In this document: positions 1-10,532 of the stretch, one piece after another
Position numbering within the stretch: the first letter of the stretch is position 1
Layout: every line of letters starts with the position of its first letter
Assembly (NCBI GenBank): GCA_040954595.2
Contig: CM082582.2
Location: forward strand, 1,364,001 to 1,428,000
Reading direction: 5' to 3'
DNA: 64,000 nt
Origin: Balanoglossus misakiensis
Lineage: Eukaryota; Animalia; Hemichordata
Program-made: the position numbers and the translations under genes
The notes under the pieces: model-generated
What the model saw: the letters and a program-made list of their open reading frames with translations, nothing else
Databases searched by the model: none
What the model was told of the DNA's origin: nothing

Positions 1-1526
1 GGCCTAGTTAATGTTGACGCAAAGGTTGACCCCACCAAACACTCAAAATTAATGGGCAAGATACTGGCCACTCTGGCCTAGTTAATGTTGACGCAAAGGT
101 TGACCCCACCAAACACTCAAAATTAATGGGCATGATACTGGCCACTCTGGCCTAGTTAATGTTGACGCAAAGGTTGACCCCACCAAACACTCAAAATTAA
201 TGGGCACGATACTGGCCACTCTGGCCTAGTTAATGTTGACGCAAAGGTTGACCCCACCAAACACTCAAAATTAATGGGCAGAACACTGTCCACTACGGCC
301 TGGTTACTGTGTGCTCTGGTTAATGTTGACGCAAAGGTTGACCCCACCAAACACTCAAAATTAATGGGCAGAACACTGTCCACTACGGCCTGGTTACTGT
401 GTGCTCTGGTTAATGTTGACGCAAAGGTTGACCCCACCAAACACCCAAAATTAATGGGCAGAACACTGTCCACTACGGCCTGGTTACTGTGTGCTCTGGT
501 TAATGTTGACGCAAAGGTTGACCCCACCAAACACTCAAAATTAATGGGCAGAACACTGTCCACTATGGCCTGGTTACTGTGTGCTCTGGTTAATGTTGAC
601 GCAAAGGTTGACCCCACCAAACACTCAAAATTAATGGGCAGCACACTGTCCACTATGGCCTGGTTACTGTGTGCTCTGGTTAATGTTGACGCAAAGGTTG
701 ACCCCACCAAACACTCAAAATTAATGGGCAGAACACTGTCCACTACGGCCTGGTTACTGTGTGCTCTGGTTAATGTTGACGCAAAGGTTGACCCCCACCA
801 AACACTCAAAATTAATGGGCACGATACTGGCCACTCTGGCCTAGTTAATGTTGACGCAAAGGTTGACCCCACCAAACACTCAAAATTAATGGGCAAGATA
901 CTGGCCACTCTGGCCTAGTTAATGTTGACGCAAAGGTTGACCCCACCAAACACTCAAAATTAATGGGCATGATACTGGCCACTCTGGCCTAGTTAATGTT
1001 GACGCAAAGGTTGACCCCACCAAACACTCAAAATTAATGGGCACGATACTGGCCACTCTGGCCTAGTTAATGTTGACGCAAAGGTTGACCCCACCAAACA
1101 CTCAAAATTAATGGGCAGAACACTGTCCACTACGGCCTGGTTACTGTGTGCTCTGGTTAATGTTGACGCAAAGGTTGACCCCACCAAACACTCAAAATTA
1201 ATGGGCAGAACACTGTCCACTACGGCCTGGTTACTGTGTGCTCTGGTTAATGTTGACGCAAAGGTTGACCCCACCAAACACCCAAAATTAATGGGCAGAA
1301 CACTGTCCACTACGGCCTGGTTACTGTGTGCTCTGGTTAATGTTGACGCAAAGGTTGACACCACCAAACACTCAAAATTAATGGGCAGCACACTGTCCAC
1401 TATGGCCTGGTTACTGTGTGCTCTGGTTAATGTTGACGCAAAGGTTGACCCCACCAAACACTCAAAATTAATGGGCAGAACACTGTCCACTACGGCCTGG
1501 TTACTGTGTGCTCTGGTTAATGTTAA
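1..1526. repeat. Tandem satellite with two monomers (74 bp and 90 bp) sharing a 52-bp core; 837-bp higher-order repeat; continues off the window start
   Basis: Core gttaatgttgacgcaaaggttgaccccaccaaacactcaaaattaatgggca alternates with a 22-bp or a 38-bp linker. The variant acacccaaaa recurs at 441 and 1278 (offset 837). The 30-aa repeat ORFs reflect the 90-bp unit. Confidence 0.97.
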
Positions 1527-1754
1527 TGGTAGGTCGTGGCTGTCTCATTTCAGGGATTTGTGGACTAAATGTCAATCTTTGTACTATTCGTACATGAAAC
1601 TTTTCTTTCAAATACAACTTACAGACCAACATAGACAGTCATGCTTATATAAGTATGACTATCTATTAAAGTAACATTCATATCATGATTGTTGTTTTAC
1701 ACTGTGTTTTCAAAGTAATTGTTGCAGTAAACCAATTGCCTTGCTTGGAAATAT

Positions 1755-1868
1755 TAAAAGGGAAGTCCTGTCCAGCTGATTTATGCATAATTTCTACACA
1801 ATGTTTTTTTCTGAAAGAATGACCTCAAAGCTACCCAATTATGTAGCTGAACCAGACTTCCCCTTTAA
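1755..1868. mobile_element. Short TTAA-flanked MITE; same family as the end at 5430-5495
   Basis: ttaaaagggaagtc...gacttcccctttaa; shared ctgaaaga.tgacctcaaagctac. Confidence 0.68.
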
Positions 1869-2161
1869 ATGCTACCAGTGAGCTTGTTTGTCTTTGTAAA
1901 TACACTCAAGTATTTATCCCCTTTTTCTCAGAATTCAATGCATCTTCATGCCATGAGGTGAGAGGACACTTTTGTTAGCAGGAGGGAAACAAATCCAAAA
2001 TAAATAATAACAGTGCAAAGTTGGTCTGCTGACTTTCTCCACATTTCATTATTGAATTACGGCAAAATTATGAAATCCAATTATGAAATTCAGCTTTTTG
2101 TCCACTTTTTGTTGCTGCAAATTCATTGCGGTATAAAGGTCAATAATATGACAAATCTTGG

Positions 2162-2354
2162 TTAAAAGTATACAGTCACCTTCAATACACATTCCCATAT
2201 ATGGCTGAATGGCGTATTTGAGCATTCTAAAGAACATATGGTGGCGCCTGTTTTCCACGTGTGCCACCAAATGAAAATCTGTGATTGGCTAGATTTCAAT
2301 TTTCCATGGTAACTATATATAGCTAATTTTCCATGGGTGATCATATACCTTTAA
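2162..2354. mobile_element. TTAA-flanked MITE; related copy in the opposite orientation at ~18995-19135
   Basis: ttaaaagtatacagtcacc...ggtgatcatatacctttaa; shares agccaatcacagattt and ttaccatgg with 18995-19135. Confidence 0.72.
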
Positions 2355-2379
2355 CTCTATAGTTTAACATGATACTTAC

Positions 2380-2565
2380 GAACACATGATTGGTTAAAAG
2401 TGTAGACATCATACATTGAGAGACCAGTTTCTCCAGGTGGCAGATAGAATCCACCTGTGCCGTTATTTGCATATAAGAGATAGCCTTCTTCACAGGAACA
2501 TTGAAAACCACCTGCAGTGTTTTTACAAAGTTGATCACAAGAATGTGGAGCACATTCATTTATAT
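2380..2565 (-). CDS. Exon: calcium-binding EGF with long uif-type insert
   Basis: tag|..|gtaagt, phase 1-1, 186 nt; DINECAPHSCDQLCKNTAGGFQCSCEEGYLLYANNGTGGFYLPPGETGLSMYDVYTFNQSCV. Confidence 0.92.
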
Positions 2566-2604
2566 CTACAAAGAAGGAACATGGATTGGATTAAAACAAT
2601 GTAC

Positions 2605-2960
2605 GTTCAGTAAAATTGAAAGTATTGTCATTTCTTTTAATCGTGAATTTTGGGATTATCTTGTGTACGTACAAGATGAATCTGTGATAAAATAAAGGCG
2701 TCACCTTGCTTGCTTTTGAAATACAAGGCCATTAATTTAGTTGATAATAGAAGAAACCTGCTGACTCAGCATGGTTCACCAATGGTTTGTCTATGGACAA
2801 AAACCTTAAAGAAATTTATCTCAAAATAGAGCATTGTAATCACACAATTTTATTTGACCAATGAATTTATATTTACTAGACTGAGCTATGTGTAAAATTT
2901 CGTGAAAATGACAATAGTAGAAGTTTGTTTTCTAGCAATTATCAATGTAATCCTATGAGA
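2605..2960. repeat. Dispersed repeat; opposite-orientation relative at ~23470-23760
   Basis: tattgtcatttcttttaatcgtg, tttagttgataat and accaatggtttg.ctatgga match the reverse complement of 23470-23760. Confidence 0.65.
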
Positions 2961-3086
2961 AAAAGACACCTGAGATTAAAAGGTCATTCCAAAAATTTAT
3001 CCGGAATTCTGAAATAAGTTCGGAATGTGTTAAATGTGAAAATAGTGACTTGAAGTTATGTTGCAAGTGACTTGTTTATGTCTCAC

Positions 3087-3215
3087 CTTTGCATGCTGTT
3101 CCATTCACATCTGGTTCAAATCCCACCAAACATGCACACTGATAGTCACCATCTCTATTTTCACAGACTTGATTGATTCCACACCGTGCCACCAATGTAC
3201 TACATTCATTGATAT
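3087..3215 (-). CDS. Exon: calcium-binding EGF domain
   Basis: cag|..|gtgag, 129 nt; DINECSTLVARCGINQVCENRDGDYQCACLVGFEPDVNGTACK. Confidence 0.92.
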
Positions 3216-3692
3216 CTGAAATGTTATTCATCAAGATATGATCAAAATCCTACAGGTCCGCTGGTAAATTCAGACCAACAAGTTTAGCTGGGAACCACCA
3301 GACCAACAGGAAATTTTCACAAACAAATTTTCGCGAACTATGCAAGAGCCAAAAAAAAAAGAAATTTTTGCGTAAAAAACTATTTTCAGTGATAACAATG
3401 TAGTGAAATACGAGAACATGAAAATTAATCGTCTCATAACAGTTTCTGCTTTTGATATCGCAAAAAATTTCTTTGTCGCGAAAATTTCCTGTTTTACAGT
3501 AATCAATGAAAAATAAAATTACGAAAATCATGAAATTTCTGACAGCCATAGATTTGCATGGCATGAACTGTATGTCCTATCAGCATGTAGTTTAGGTGAC
3601 ATTTATGATAAATAGTCAAATTACTGGAGTGATCGATTACGGTACCTCATAAGCAGACAACCACATGAAGACCAATCTTGATGTGAACTTAC

Positions 3693-3875
3693 CAATGCAT
3701 GATGGTATTGCACTATTCCACTGTAAATCGGATTGACAAGTCAGGTAATCAGCACCATTTAATTCATAGCCAGCATTACAATAGAATGTGATGTTACTGC
3801 CCATATAATATGGTCCACTATCAGGGACAGCTTGTAGATGTGGGTCTGTTATGAGTATATCACTGCAGTTCAATC
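3693..3875 (-). CDS. Exon: Sushi/CCP domain 4
   Basis: cag|..|gtaagt, 183 nt; LNCSDILITDPHL...ITFYCNAGYELNGADYLTCQSDLQWNSAIPSCI. Confidence 0.92.
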
Positions 3876-4185
3876 CTGCAAGTAAAAAAAATAAAACACT
3901 ATGTGGATGCAGACTTGATTGTGGTATATATATTGGGTATCTGTATTCTGTCACAACTTTAACATTTTCACCCCAAGTTCCCACTATAAAAGTCCAGATA
4001 CCATTGACTCCTTTTTTTCAATTATCGACTAAATTCATGACTCTGTATTTCAAAAACAAGCGTGGTGACCCCTATATTTTATCACAAATTTTCATTATAC
4101 ATACATAGGATAATCCAAAAATTAACAATTAAAAGAAATGACCATATTTTCAATTTTACTGAATGTACATCCTTAAATGACTTAC

Positions 4186-4368
4186 GTTGACAGTATCCTG
4201 GATCTCCAATCCATGATCCATCTTCACCACATGTAGAGACAGTGTAGCCAGTCAGACTGTAGCCAGATGGACATGAGTAGGCAACGGTTGTTCCAAAAAT
4301 CAATGAATCACCATTAACAATTTCATATGATAAGTAGTTGTCTACATTCGGTGGTGGACACTCGCGAG
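4186..4368 (-). CDS. Exon: Sushi/CCP domain 3
   Basis: cag|..|gtaagt, 183 nt; RECPPP...FGTTVAYSCPSGYSLTG...TCGEDGSWIGDPGYCQ. Confidence 0.92.
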
Positions 4369-4662
4369 CTGTTTGGATAAGATGAACAGATAACATTACA
4401 AGTGTGTTAATACTAGGAAAATGGTTTAAAGGGACATGCAGTAACCCTCACAATCCTGCATATTTTCAAGTTACCAGTGTCTGGTTTAACATTCAGTGTG
4501 TAATGTCCCAATTAGACACCCATGTGGAATGTAGCAACCAGCACAAAGTGCCCCATCATAACGCTATGGAGAGAATTTCAACTTGAGTCAGTGATTTTTA
4601 TGAAAACATGACAGTGAACACCCTGTGTTATACTTTGTTTTCAAAACGACTCATCACACACT

Positions 4663-4970
4663 TTAAAGCCTCTAGAGCTGCCAAATTTCACAATTTTTTT
4701 CTTTTCCACAGTAAAACCTTTCAAATCTATGGTGATGCATACCACGATAGCTAGCTGCATACTGTTTGTATGGAGGCTGATTTTAATAAAATGGGTACGG
4801 CACCTGTTTAATACATTGCACGTTTAAATTGCAACATACAGCCACAATCAGGCATTGATGACATGTTCTTGTATCCCTATCAGTAAGCTTAATTATTTCA
4901 ATGTACCAATCTACGTCGGAAAATAAAATCTGAAAATAAATGCAAAAAGTGGCAGCTCTAGTGGCTTTAA
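4663..4970. mobile_element. TTAA-flanked MITE
   Basis: TTAA|AGCCTCTAGAGCTGCCA...TGGCAGCTCTAGTGGCT|TTAA. Confidence 0.8.
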
Positions 4971-5070
4971 AGCACTGAAAGGTTCAGAGGACTAACATTT
5001 TTCTAAAAAATCCGTCTCCTAAGTGTGCACTACAATGGCAGTTTAATTGTTTTCAAAAATATCAACTTAC

Positions 5071-5250
5071 GCTCGCATTGGGGCATAAGTGGACCCCAGA
5101 CACCATCTGCTTGGCATTCCAATGAAGACACATTATTTATAAACTGATAGCCCTCAATGCATTGATAATAAGCAATGCCACCATACACTGTACTGGTAAC
5201 ATTGGTAAGAATTCCATTGCTGCACTCAGGGGGTCCACCACATGTTATTC
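5071..5250 (-). CDS. Exon: Sushi/CCP domain 2 (not in the ORF track)
   Basis: tag|..|gtaagt, 180 nt; ITCGGPPECSNGILTNVTSTVYGGIAYYQCIEGYQFINNVSSLECQADGVWGPLMPQCE. Confidence 0.92.
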
Positions 5251-5494
5251 CTAAAAAATAAACAACAAATTAGTGTCATTCAAGTTGTTGCTAACAATAG
5301 ATTCAAGAGACAAATTAAGTCTCTCTCATCACTGCACTTTTTTCATTAATTATCTTGGATACAAGACACCAGGCTAGGCATATTTGCATAGCTGGTACGA
5401 CTTATACACGGCGAAAATGTTTCTTTTTTCCTGAAAGAGTGACCTCAAAGCTACAAAATTATGTAGATATCAGCTAGACCGGACATCCCCTTTA

Positions 5495-5596
5495 ACTACT
5501 GGATAACCGTCCGAGCATTGGAATGAGACAGAGACATCATACCTTCTATCTCTGTACTGGTCACCACGCCCTCACTAATCACAATTTCGGGACAGT
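5495..5596 (-). pseudogene. Disrupted exon: Sushi/CCP domain 1 (frameshift, 3' half replaced by a MITE end)
   Basis: cag|DCPEIVISEGVVTST, then a 1-nt frameshift to DRRYDVSVSFQCSDGY, then ttaaaggggatgtccgg (MITE terminus). No third or fourth Cys and no donor found. Confidence 0.75.
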
Positions 5597-5667
5597 CTGT
5601 CAGAACAAGGATCACAATGATAAGAATGCATGCAGACAAATACTTAAACTCATAAATGTCAGTTGTT

Positions 5668-5899
5668 TTAAAGTGAAGGGGTCGTCGCAATGCGTTTGTT
5701 TATAAACATTACAATTCATCCACAAATCCCTCAAATAAGATAATTCTTGGAATGAACGAAGCAGCTGACAGTATCCTAGACTGTCCATGACAGCAACTGA
5801 AGATCCTAGTAGGTCGTGGCTGTCTAATTTCAGGGATTTGTGGATGAATTGCAATGTTTATAAACAAACAAACGCAGTGCGACGACCCCATCACTTTAT
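5668..5899. mobile_element. Fold-back MITE (ttaaagtg.. termini)
   Basis: taaagtgaaggggtcgtcgca..tttgtttataaacatt..ccacaaatccct is inverted against agggatttgtgg..aatgtttataaacaaa..tgcgacgaccccatcacttta. Confidence 0.8.
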
Positions 5900-6114
5900 T
5901 GAGTGTGATACAAGAGTGTTGCCATTCCTGTCAATGGTCCAAAATTGCATTGCAATTGTAAGAAATTACTGTCTCTGTTTTTCCAGCTCTTTGAAGTTTC
6001 GTAAAAATTCAAAAACATTTGCACCTTTCAATTAATGACTCTAAATCACAAGGAATAAAGGGAGAGTGTGTTTCTAAGAATTCTGTAACAACTTTTTCTG
6101 AAATGTTAGTAAGT

Positions 6115-6325
6115 TACTGTAAAACACTTTATTTTCGCGAGCAAGAGATTTTCGCGAAATACGCGAGAGCCAAAATAGCGTGAAAATAAAAAGTTGCGTA
6201 ATTTTTTTGAAGATAAAGATGCAATGAATGAAATAAGAGAACGCGAAAATTAACACTGGCGAAACAGTGGCCTCTCTCGATGTCGCGAAAAATTTCAACT
6301 CGTGAAAATAAAGTGTTTTACAGTA
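6115..6325. mobile_element. TA-flanked ~210-bp MITE (Tc1/mariner-type); relatives at 3305-3501, 6554-6745, 6795-7004, 15330-15524
   Basis: tactgtaaaacactttattttcgcgag...ctcgtgaaaataaagtgttttacagta. Confidence 0.82.
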
Positions 6326-6332
6326 TGTGTAC

Positions 6333-6516
6333 CTGGTGAAAATGAAGCCCTGAATCCTTTAGCTGGTCGTGTTCTACTACTCCTGAACACAACCGAAAAG
6401 TGTCCAATGTCTGTACGGCAATCGGGTGGTGGCACAGTGCCATCAATGACTCCATCAGAATTGCCACTCCATGGACCAATAATGACATCATCATCACTCT
6501 CAGTACCATTGTATAC
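6333..6516 (-). CDS. Exon: CUB3 C-terminal half
   Basis: aag|..|gtacac, phase 0-1; VYNGTESDDDVIIGPWSG...FSVVFRSSRTRPAKGFRASFSP. Confidence 0.88.
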
Positions 6517-6794
6517 CTTCAGAAACAAAGACAAATTAAGCATGCATTGTAAATACCGTAAAACGGGAAATCTTCACAACAGGAAATTTTCGCGATATCA
6601 AAGGTGGCTACTGTTACGCGACAATTAATTTTCACATTGGCATATTTTACTGCATTGTTATCTCTGAAGCATTTTAAGCGACTTTTTATTTTCATATTTT
6701 TTGGCTCTCACATAGTTTACGAAAATTTATCGTTCACGAAAATTTTATAGTATTCAATCCTTGTTGCATTTCCTGCTGTAACAGCTACTCAACA

Positions 6795-7004
6795 TACTGT
6801 AAAATGGGAAATGTTCGCAAACAATAAATTTTCGCGATCTACGTGAGAGCCATCAAAACATGAAAATAAAAAGTTGCGTAAAAATGTTTTTCGGGGATAA
6901 TGATGCAGTGAAATACAAGAACGTGAAAAGTTATTGTTGCATAACACTTGCCTCTTTTGATAACGCGAAAATTTCATGTTGCAAAAGTATCCCGTTTTAC
7001 AGTA
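6795..7004. mobile_element. MITE of the tactgtaaaa family
   Basis: tactgtaaaatggga...tcccgttttacagta. Confidence 0.8.
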
Positions 7005-7169
7005 TATATGTGATTAATTAAATTTCCAAATTGTGTTCCAAAGTTGTATAGTTTGAAGTAATGTCTGCCAAAATTGTCAAACTAAAATCACTGCAAAATA
7101 ATATGACAAATTTTTTAATATGACAAATATTTTTAACATGGCTGACTCATGATCATATCTGATACTCAC

Positions 7170-7354
7170 AATGATGTAATCAACATCTGTGTTCCTCTCT
7201 AATCCAAAGTTCTCATCAAAGATAAGAGTTAATGGTCTTCCAGTTGGTTCCTTGATTAACCAGCTACACATAACATCATCAGGGTAAGTGCTAACATCAT
7301 ACCCTGGTGACTGAATCGTGCCAAAACTACGCAGAATTTCAATTCCCTGGCAAC
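7170..7354 (-). CDS. Exon: CUB3 N-terminal half
   Basis: aag|..|gtgagt, phase 1-0; CQGIEILRSFGTIQSPGYDVSTYPDDVMCSWLIKEPTGRPLTLIFDENFGLE...DYII. Confidence 0.9.
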
Positions 7355-7574
7355 CTTTAAAGAAACAAGTGACCTATCGGTCAAAAGAGCTCTGCTGACT
7401 TTAACAGTGAAACCTATAGCTGGGCAATGATATGAATACCCTAGGTTTTAATCATAACAATTGTATTCTATTAAACAAAACCAAACATAGACATCACAAG
7501 TATTTAATATCCACATTCAGCCTGATTCATTGTGCTAAAGAAAGAAAGAATTTATTCCTAAAGAACAACATCAA

Positions 7575-8111
7575 AAGGAAGTACCAAGGTACTAATTTGC
7601 ATATTCATGACCCGATCAAAATTCCAATAAAACAAAATCAGGTAGGGGCACCATAACACACATTCTACCAAATTTCAGCTCCATCGTACATGTAGTTAGG
7701 GAGAAGAAGATTTTTTACCAAAAATTATATTTTTAGATCTAATTTGCATATTCATGACCCGATCATATCCAAATTTATGAAATCAGGTAGGGGCACCATA
7801 ACACACATTCCTGCCAAATTTCAGCTCCATCGTACATGTAGTTAGGGAGAAGAAAATGTTTGACCAACATTCTATTTTAGATCTAATTTGCATATTTATG
7901 ACCCCATCAAATCCAAATTTACAAAATCAGGTAGGGGCACCATAACACACATTCCTACCAAATTATAGCTAAATATGCAATGTCGTTTTAACGAAGAAGA
8001 TTGAAATACCGAAAGTTGACGGACGACGGACAACGGACGCCGGACGACAGACGGACACTTATCAACCTACTGCTACAGCTTGGCTGACACAAGTGACAGC
8101 CAAGCTAAAAA
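7575..8111 (+). mobile_element. Helentron/HINE-like non-autonomous element with internal ~146-bp tandem repeats
   Basis: About three repeats of ctaatttgcatatt...aaatcaggtaggggcacc...ccaaatttcagc, then a (ggacgac)n microsatellite and the terminal hairpin agcttggctg-acacaagtga-cagccaagct-aaaaa. Confidence 0.7.
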
Positions 8112-8484
8112 TACCAAACAAGGAATAATGAATTCAATCCACAGGTTTGGTGTAATCCTGGCTGCCTTTTATTTTGTGCTAGGGGATCAAATCACATAAT
8201 AATTGCCTTCTGGATAAAAAGTCGTACGCGACAGAAGAAATGACTGTTAACTGTATATGACTTCCTTAGGTCAAACCTTTCTGTCGTTATACATGTAGTT
8301 ATCAAATTAAACTCATTTAACTTTTTTCACATTTTGTTATTTTTTCTGTTAAAAAGTTCCATAATGACCCAGTATCAGATTAGCTTATATTATAAACTTC
8401 CAGAAAGAATGGCAAAAGAAGATAGATCTGTGATCCTTACAATTCTTACTGGGTTGAAATTCTTTGGGAATGATTTTAAGTGAT

Positions 8485-8841
8485 TTAAAGGGACAAAGTT
8501 TCTCTCACTCGCTGCCCTTTTTCCATTAACTATGTTTGATACAAGACACTGTTTATGTTATTCTACATGTGGATATATAGTGAATCAACATTCAACCACG
8601 CACAACTTCCATCCCGTTTGTAGGATATGAGAGTAAAAATATTGCCAAAATGAATAAACGGTAGAGACCAATTATTCATTTTGGCGAGTTTTTTCACTCT
8701 TGTGTCTACAAGTGGGATGGAAGTTGTTTGTGGTCAAACGTTGTTTCAATATATATCCACATGTAGAATAACATAAACGCTGTATTGTATCATCATAATT
8801 CCTGGAAAAAGGGTAGCGAGAGAGAGTGTTTGTCCCTTTAA
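8485..8841. mobile_element. Palindromic ~355-bp MITE, TTAA-flanked (Kolobok-type); relatives at 9236-9520, 11522-11878, 12273-12557, 22665-22964, 23760-24054 and in the duplicate
   Basis: TTAA|AGGGACAAA...TTTGTCCCT|TTAA; arms are inverted along nearly the whole length. Confidence 0.85.
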
Positions 8842-8922
8842 AACATTGTTCTCTTGCATCATGAATCCTTGATTGCCTCTTCATTCAAACAACGTCTTGA
8901 TCAATTTGAATGCGTTACCTAC

Positions 8923-9124
8923 CTGCCCAGTTATGTACATGAAAACCTCTCATTGTAACTGCATCATCACTCTTAATGTCAACTCTCATCATACTTTTGG
9001 AAGATATGATGACATTGGGTAACTCCATCCCAGAAAATAAAGCAAGTCTGAGGGCAGGATTCAGTTCAGCGCCATCGTATACAGACACTTGATCAGCCCC
9101 ATCTTCTGTTGCAAAGGAGATAAA
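8923..9124 (-). pseudogene. Exon: CUB2 C-half (tandem copy 1), splice acceptor mutated
   Basis: FISFATEDGADQVSVYDG...SDDAVTMRGFHVHNWA|gtaggt. The expected acceptor reads ttttccg instead of ttttcag. Confidence 0.82.
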
Positions 9125-9884
9125 CGGAAAAGATATAAAAAATAGCATCAAAGACACTTTGCTCCTATTTGATATGTACATTTAAATGTGACATACCGTA
9201 CAATCATAGTGATCACAATTTCCTACACAAAACCATTAAGGGGCAAAGTCTCTCTCTCTCTCGCTGCCCCTTTTCCATTAATTATCGTTTGATTATCGTT
9301 TATGTTATTCTAGATGTGGATATATAGTGAATCAACATTCCATCCCGCTTCATTTTGGGCGAGATTTTTACTCTCATATCCTAAAAATGGGATGGAAGGT
9401 GTGTGTGGTCGAATGTTGATTCACTATATATCCTCATGTAGAATAACATAAACGGTGTCTTGTATCAAACATAATTAATGGGAAAAGGGCAGCGAGAGAG
9501 AGAGACTTCGTCCCTATAAGGACACCTTTAGCATTGATGAGGTAATATAAGAATACATCTGATAAAGAATATTTTCACATCCCAATAAACCAAAATCCAA
9601 AACAACTGGAAGAGCCGTTTCTGACATAAGTGGACTTTTGGACCAAAAATGTCTAAAACTACCCACCCCCCTCCTCCCCAGTATTGATATTTGTCACATG
9701 TTTATGTACACCATAATAACAAATATTGTAGGTCCTTGTAAACCAAATTTTAAGAAATCGGAAAAGTGACTACTGAGAATTGACCAGAAATGACAAAAAT
9801 AAAATGTATTTTTAAAAATATAATTACTAATTTTTGTCATGCTGTAAAACAACTCACACGATTAATTGCATCTGAATCCACTAC

Positions 9885-10036
9885 CTGTAAAGTGACAACA
9901 AATTCTGTTGTGAATGATGCCAGCTGTCAGTTACAATCTTCATTGTTGAGATAATTCTTGCCTTCAAAATATTCTGTACTGCTGAGATTCTGTTTATATG
10001 ACTGTGCTATGAAATTCCCACCACACAAAGAATACA
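9885..10036 (-). pseudogene. Exon: CUB2 N-half (tandem copy 1) with in-frame TGA
   Basis: cag|YSLCGGNFIAQSYKQNLSSTEYFEGKNYLNNEDCN*QLASFTTEFVVTLQ|gtagtg; stop at 9927-9929. Confidence 0.85.
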
Positions 10037-10330
10037 CTGAAAGAAAGAAGAAGTCATCTTAACAGAAACACTTCACAAACAGGACATCAGCAAGATCACA
10101 GTCGAGGTAGGGCAAATATTGCCTACATGTGCAATCTATAATGTTATACCAGGTTCACGTAGGGTAAAATTCGAAACGTTTCAGAGACACTATTTGCCTA
10201 AGGTAAACACAGAGCATTAATGCTTTTAGTTGCCTTGTGTCCACACATGCAAAGTTTATGTGTAGTTCGCGAAAAATTTATCGTTTGCGAAAATTTCCAG
10301 TTTTACATTATGTATAAAACTTGGTATTAC

Positions 10331-10532
10331 CTGCTTGCCAAGATGCTTCAAAGCCAGTAGCAGTATGCGAACTATCTGAGAGAAATTTCACCAACATTGC
10401 ATTACCACTGCTAATAACTTCATCAGGCTGGTCCGGTCCACTGTATGTGGCAAGAACTTTGGATGGGTCAAACACAGACACCTCGACAATGACAACAGTA
10501 TCATGATAAAGTTCAGTGTCAAAATGTAGAAA
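10331..10532 (-). CDS. Exon: CUB1 C-half (tandem copy 1)
   Basis: cag|FLHFDTELYHDTV...YSG...ISSGNAMLVKFLSDSSHTATGFEASWQA|gtaata. Confidence 0.88.

Noticed and set aside
1-1526. CRISPR-like array (constant repeat plus spacers)
   Set aside because: Only two recurring linker types rather than unique spacers, no cas genes, and a eukaryotic context. It is a satellite.
156-1674. ORFs of 165-250 aa with 30-aa repeats on both strands
   Set aside because: By-product of a stop-free 90-bp monomer; the frames break at the 74-bp units
1900-1990. Possible further Sushi exon remnant (KCPL.. on the minus strand)
   Set aside because: No convincing acceptor or Sushi consensus
9927-9929. Selenocysteine or alternative genetic code (TGA=Trp)
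   Set aside because: The position aligns to Trp, not Cys. The other Trp codons I checked in the gene are TGG, and the locus is nuclear with spliceosomal introns.
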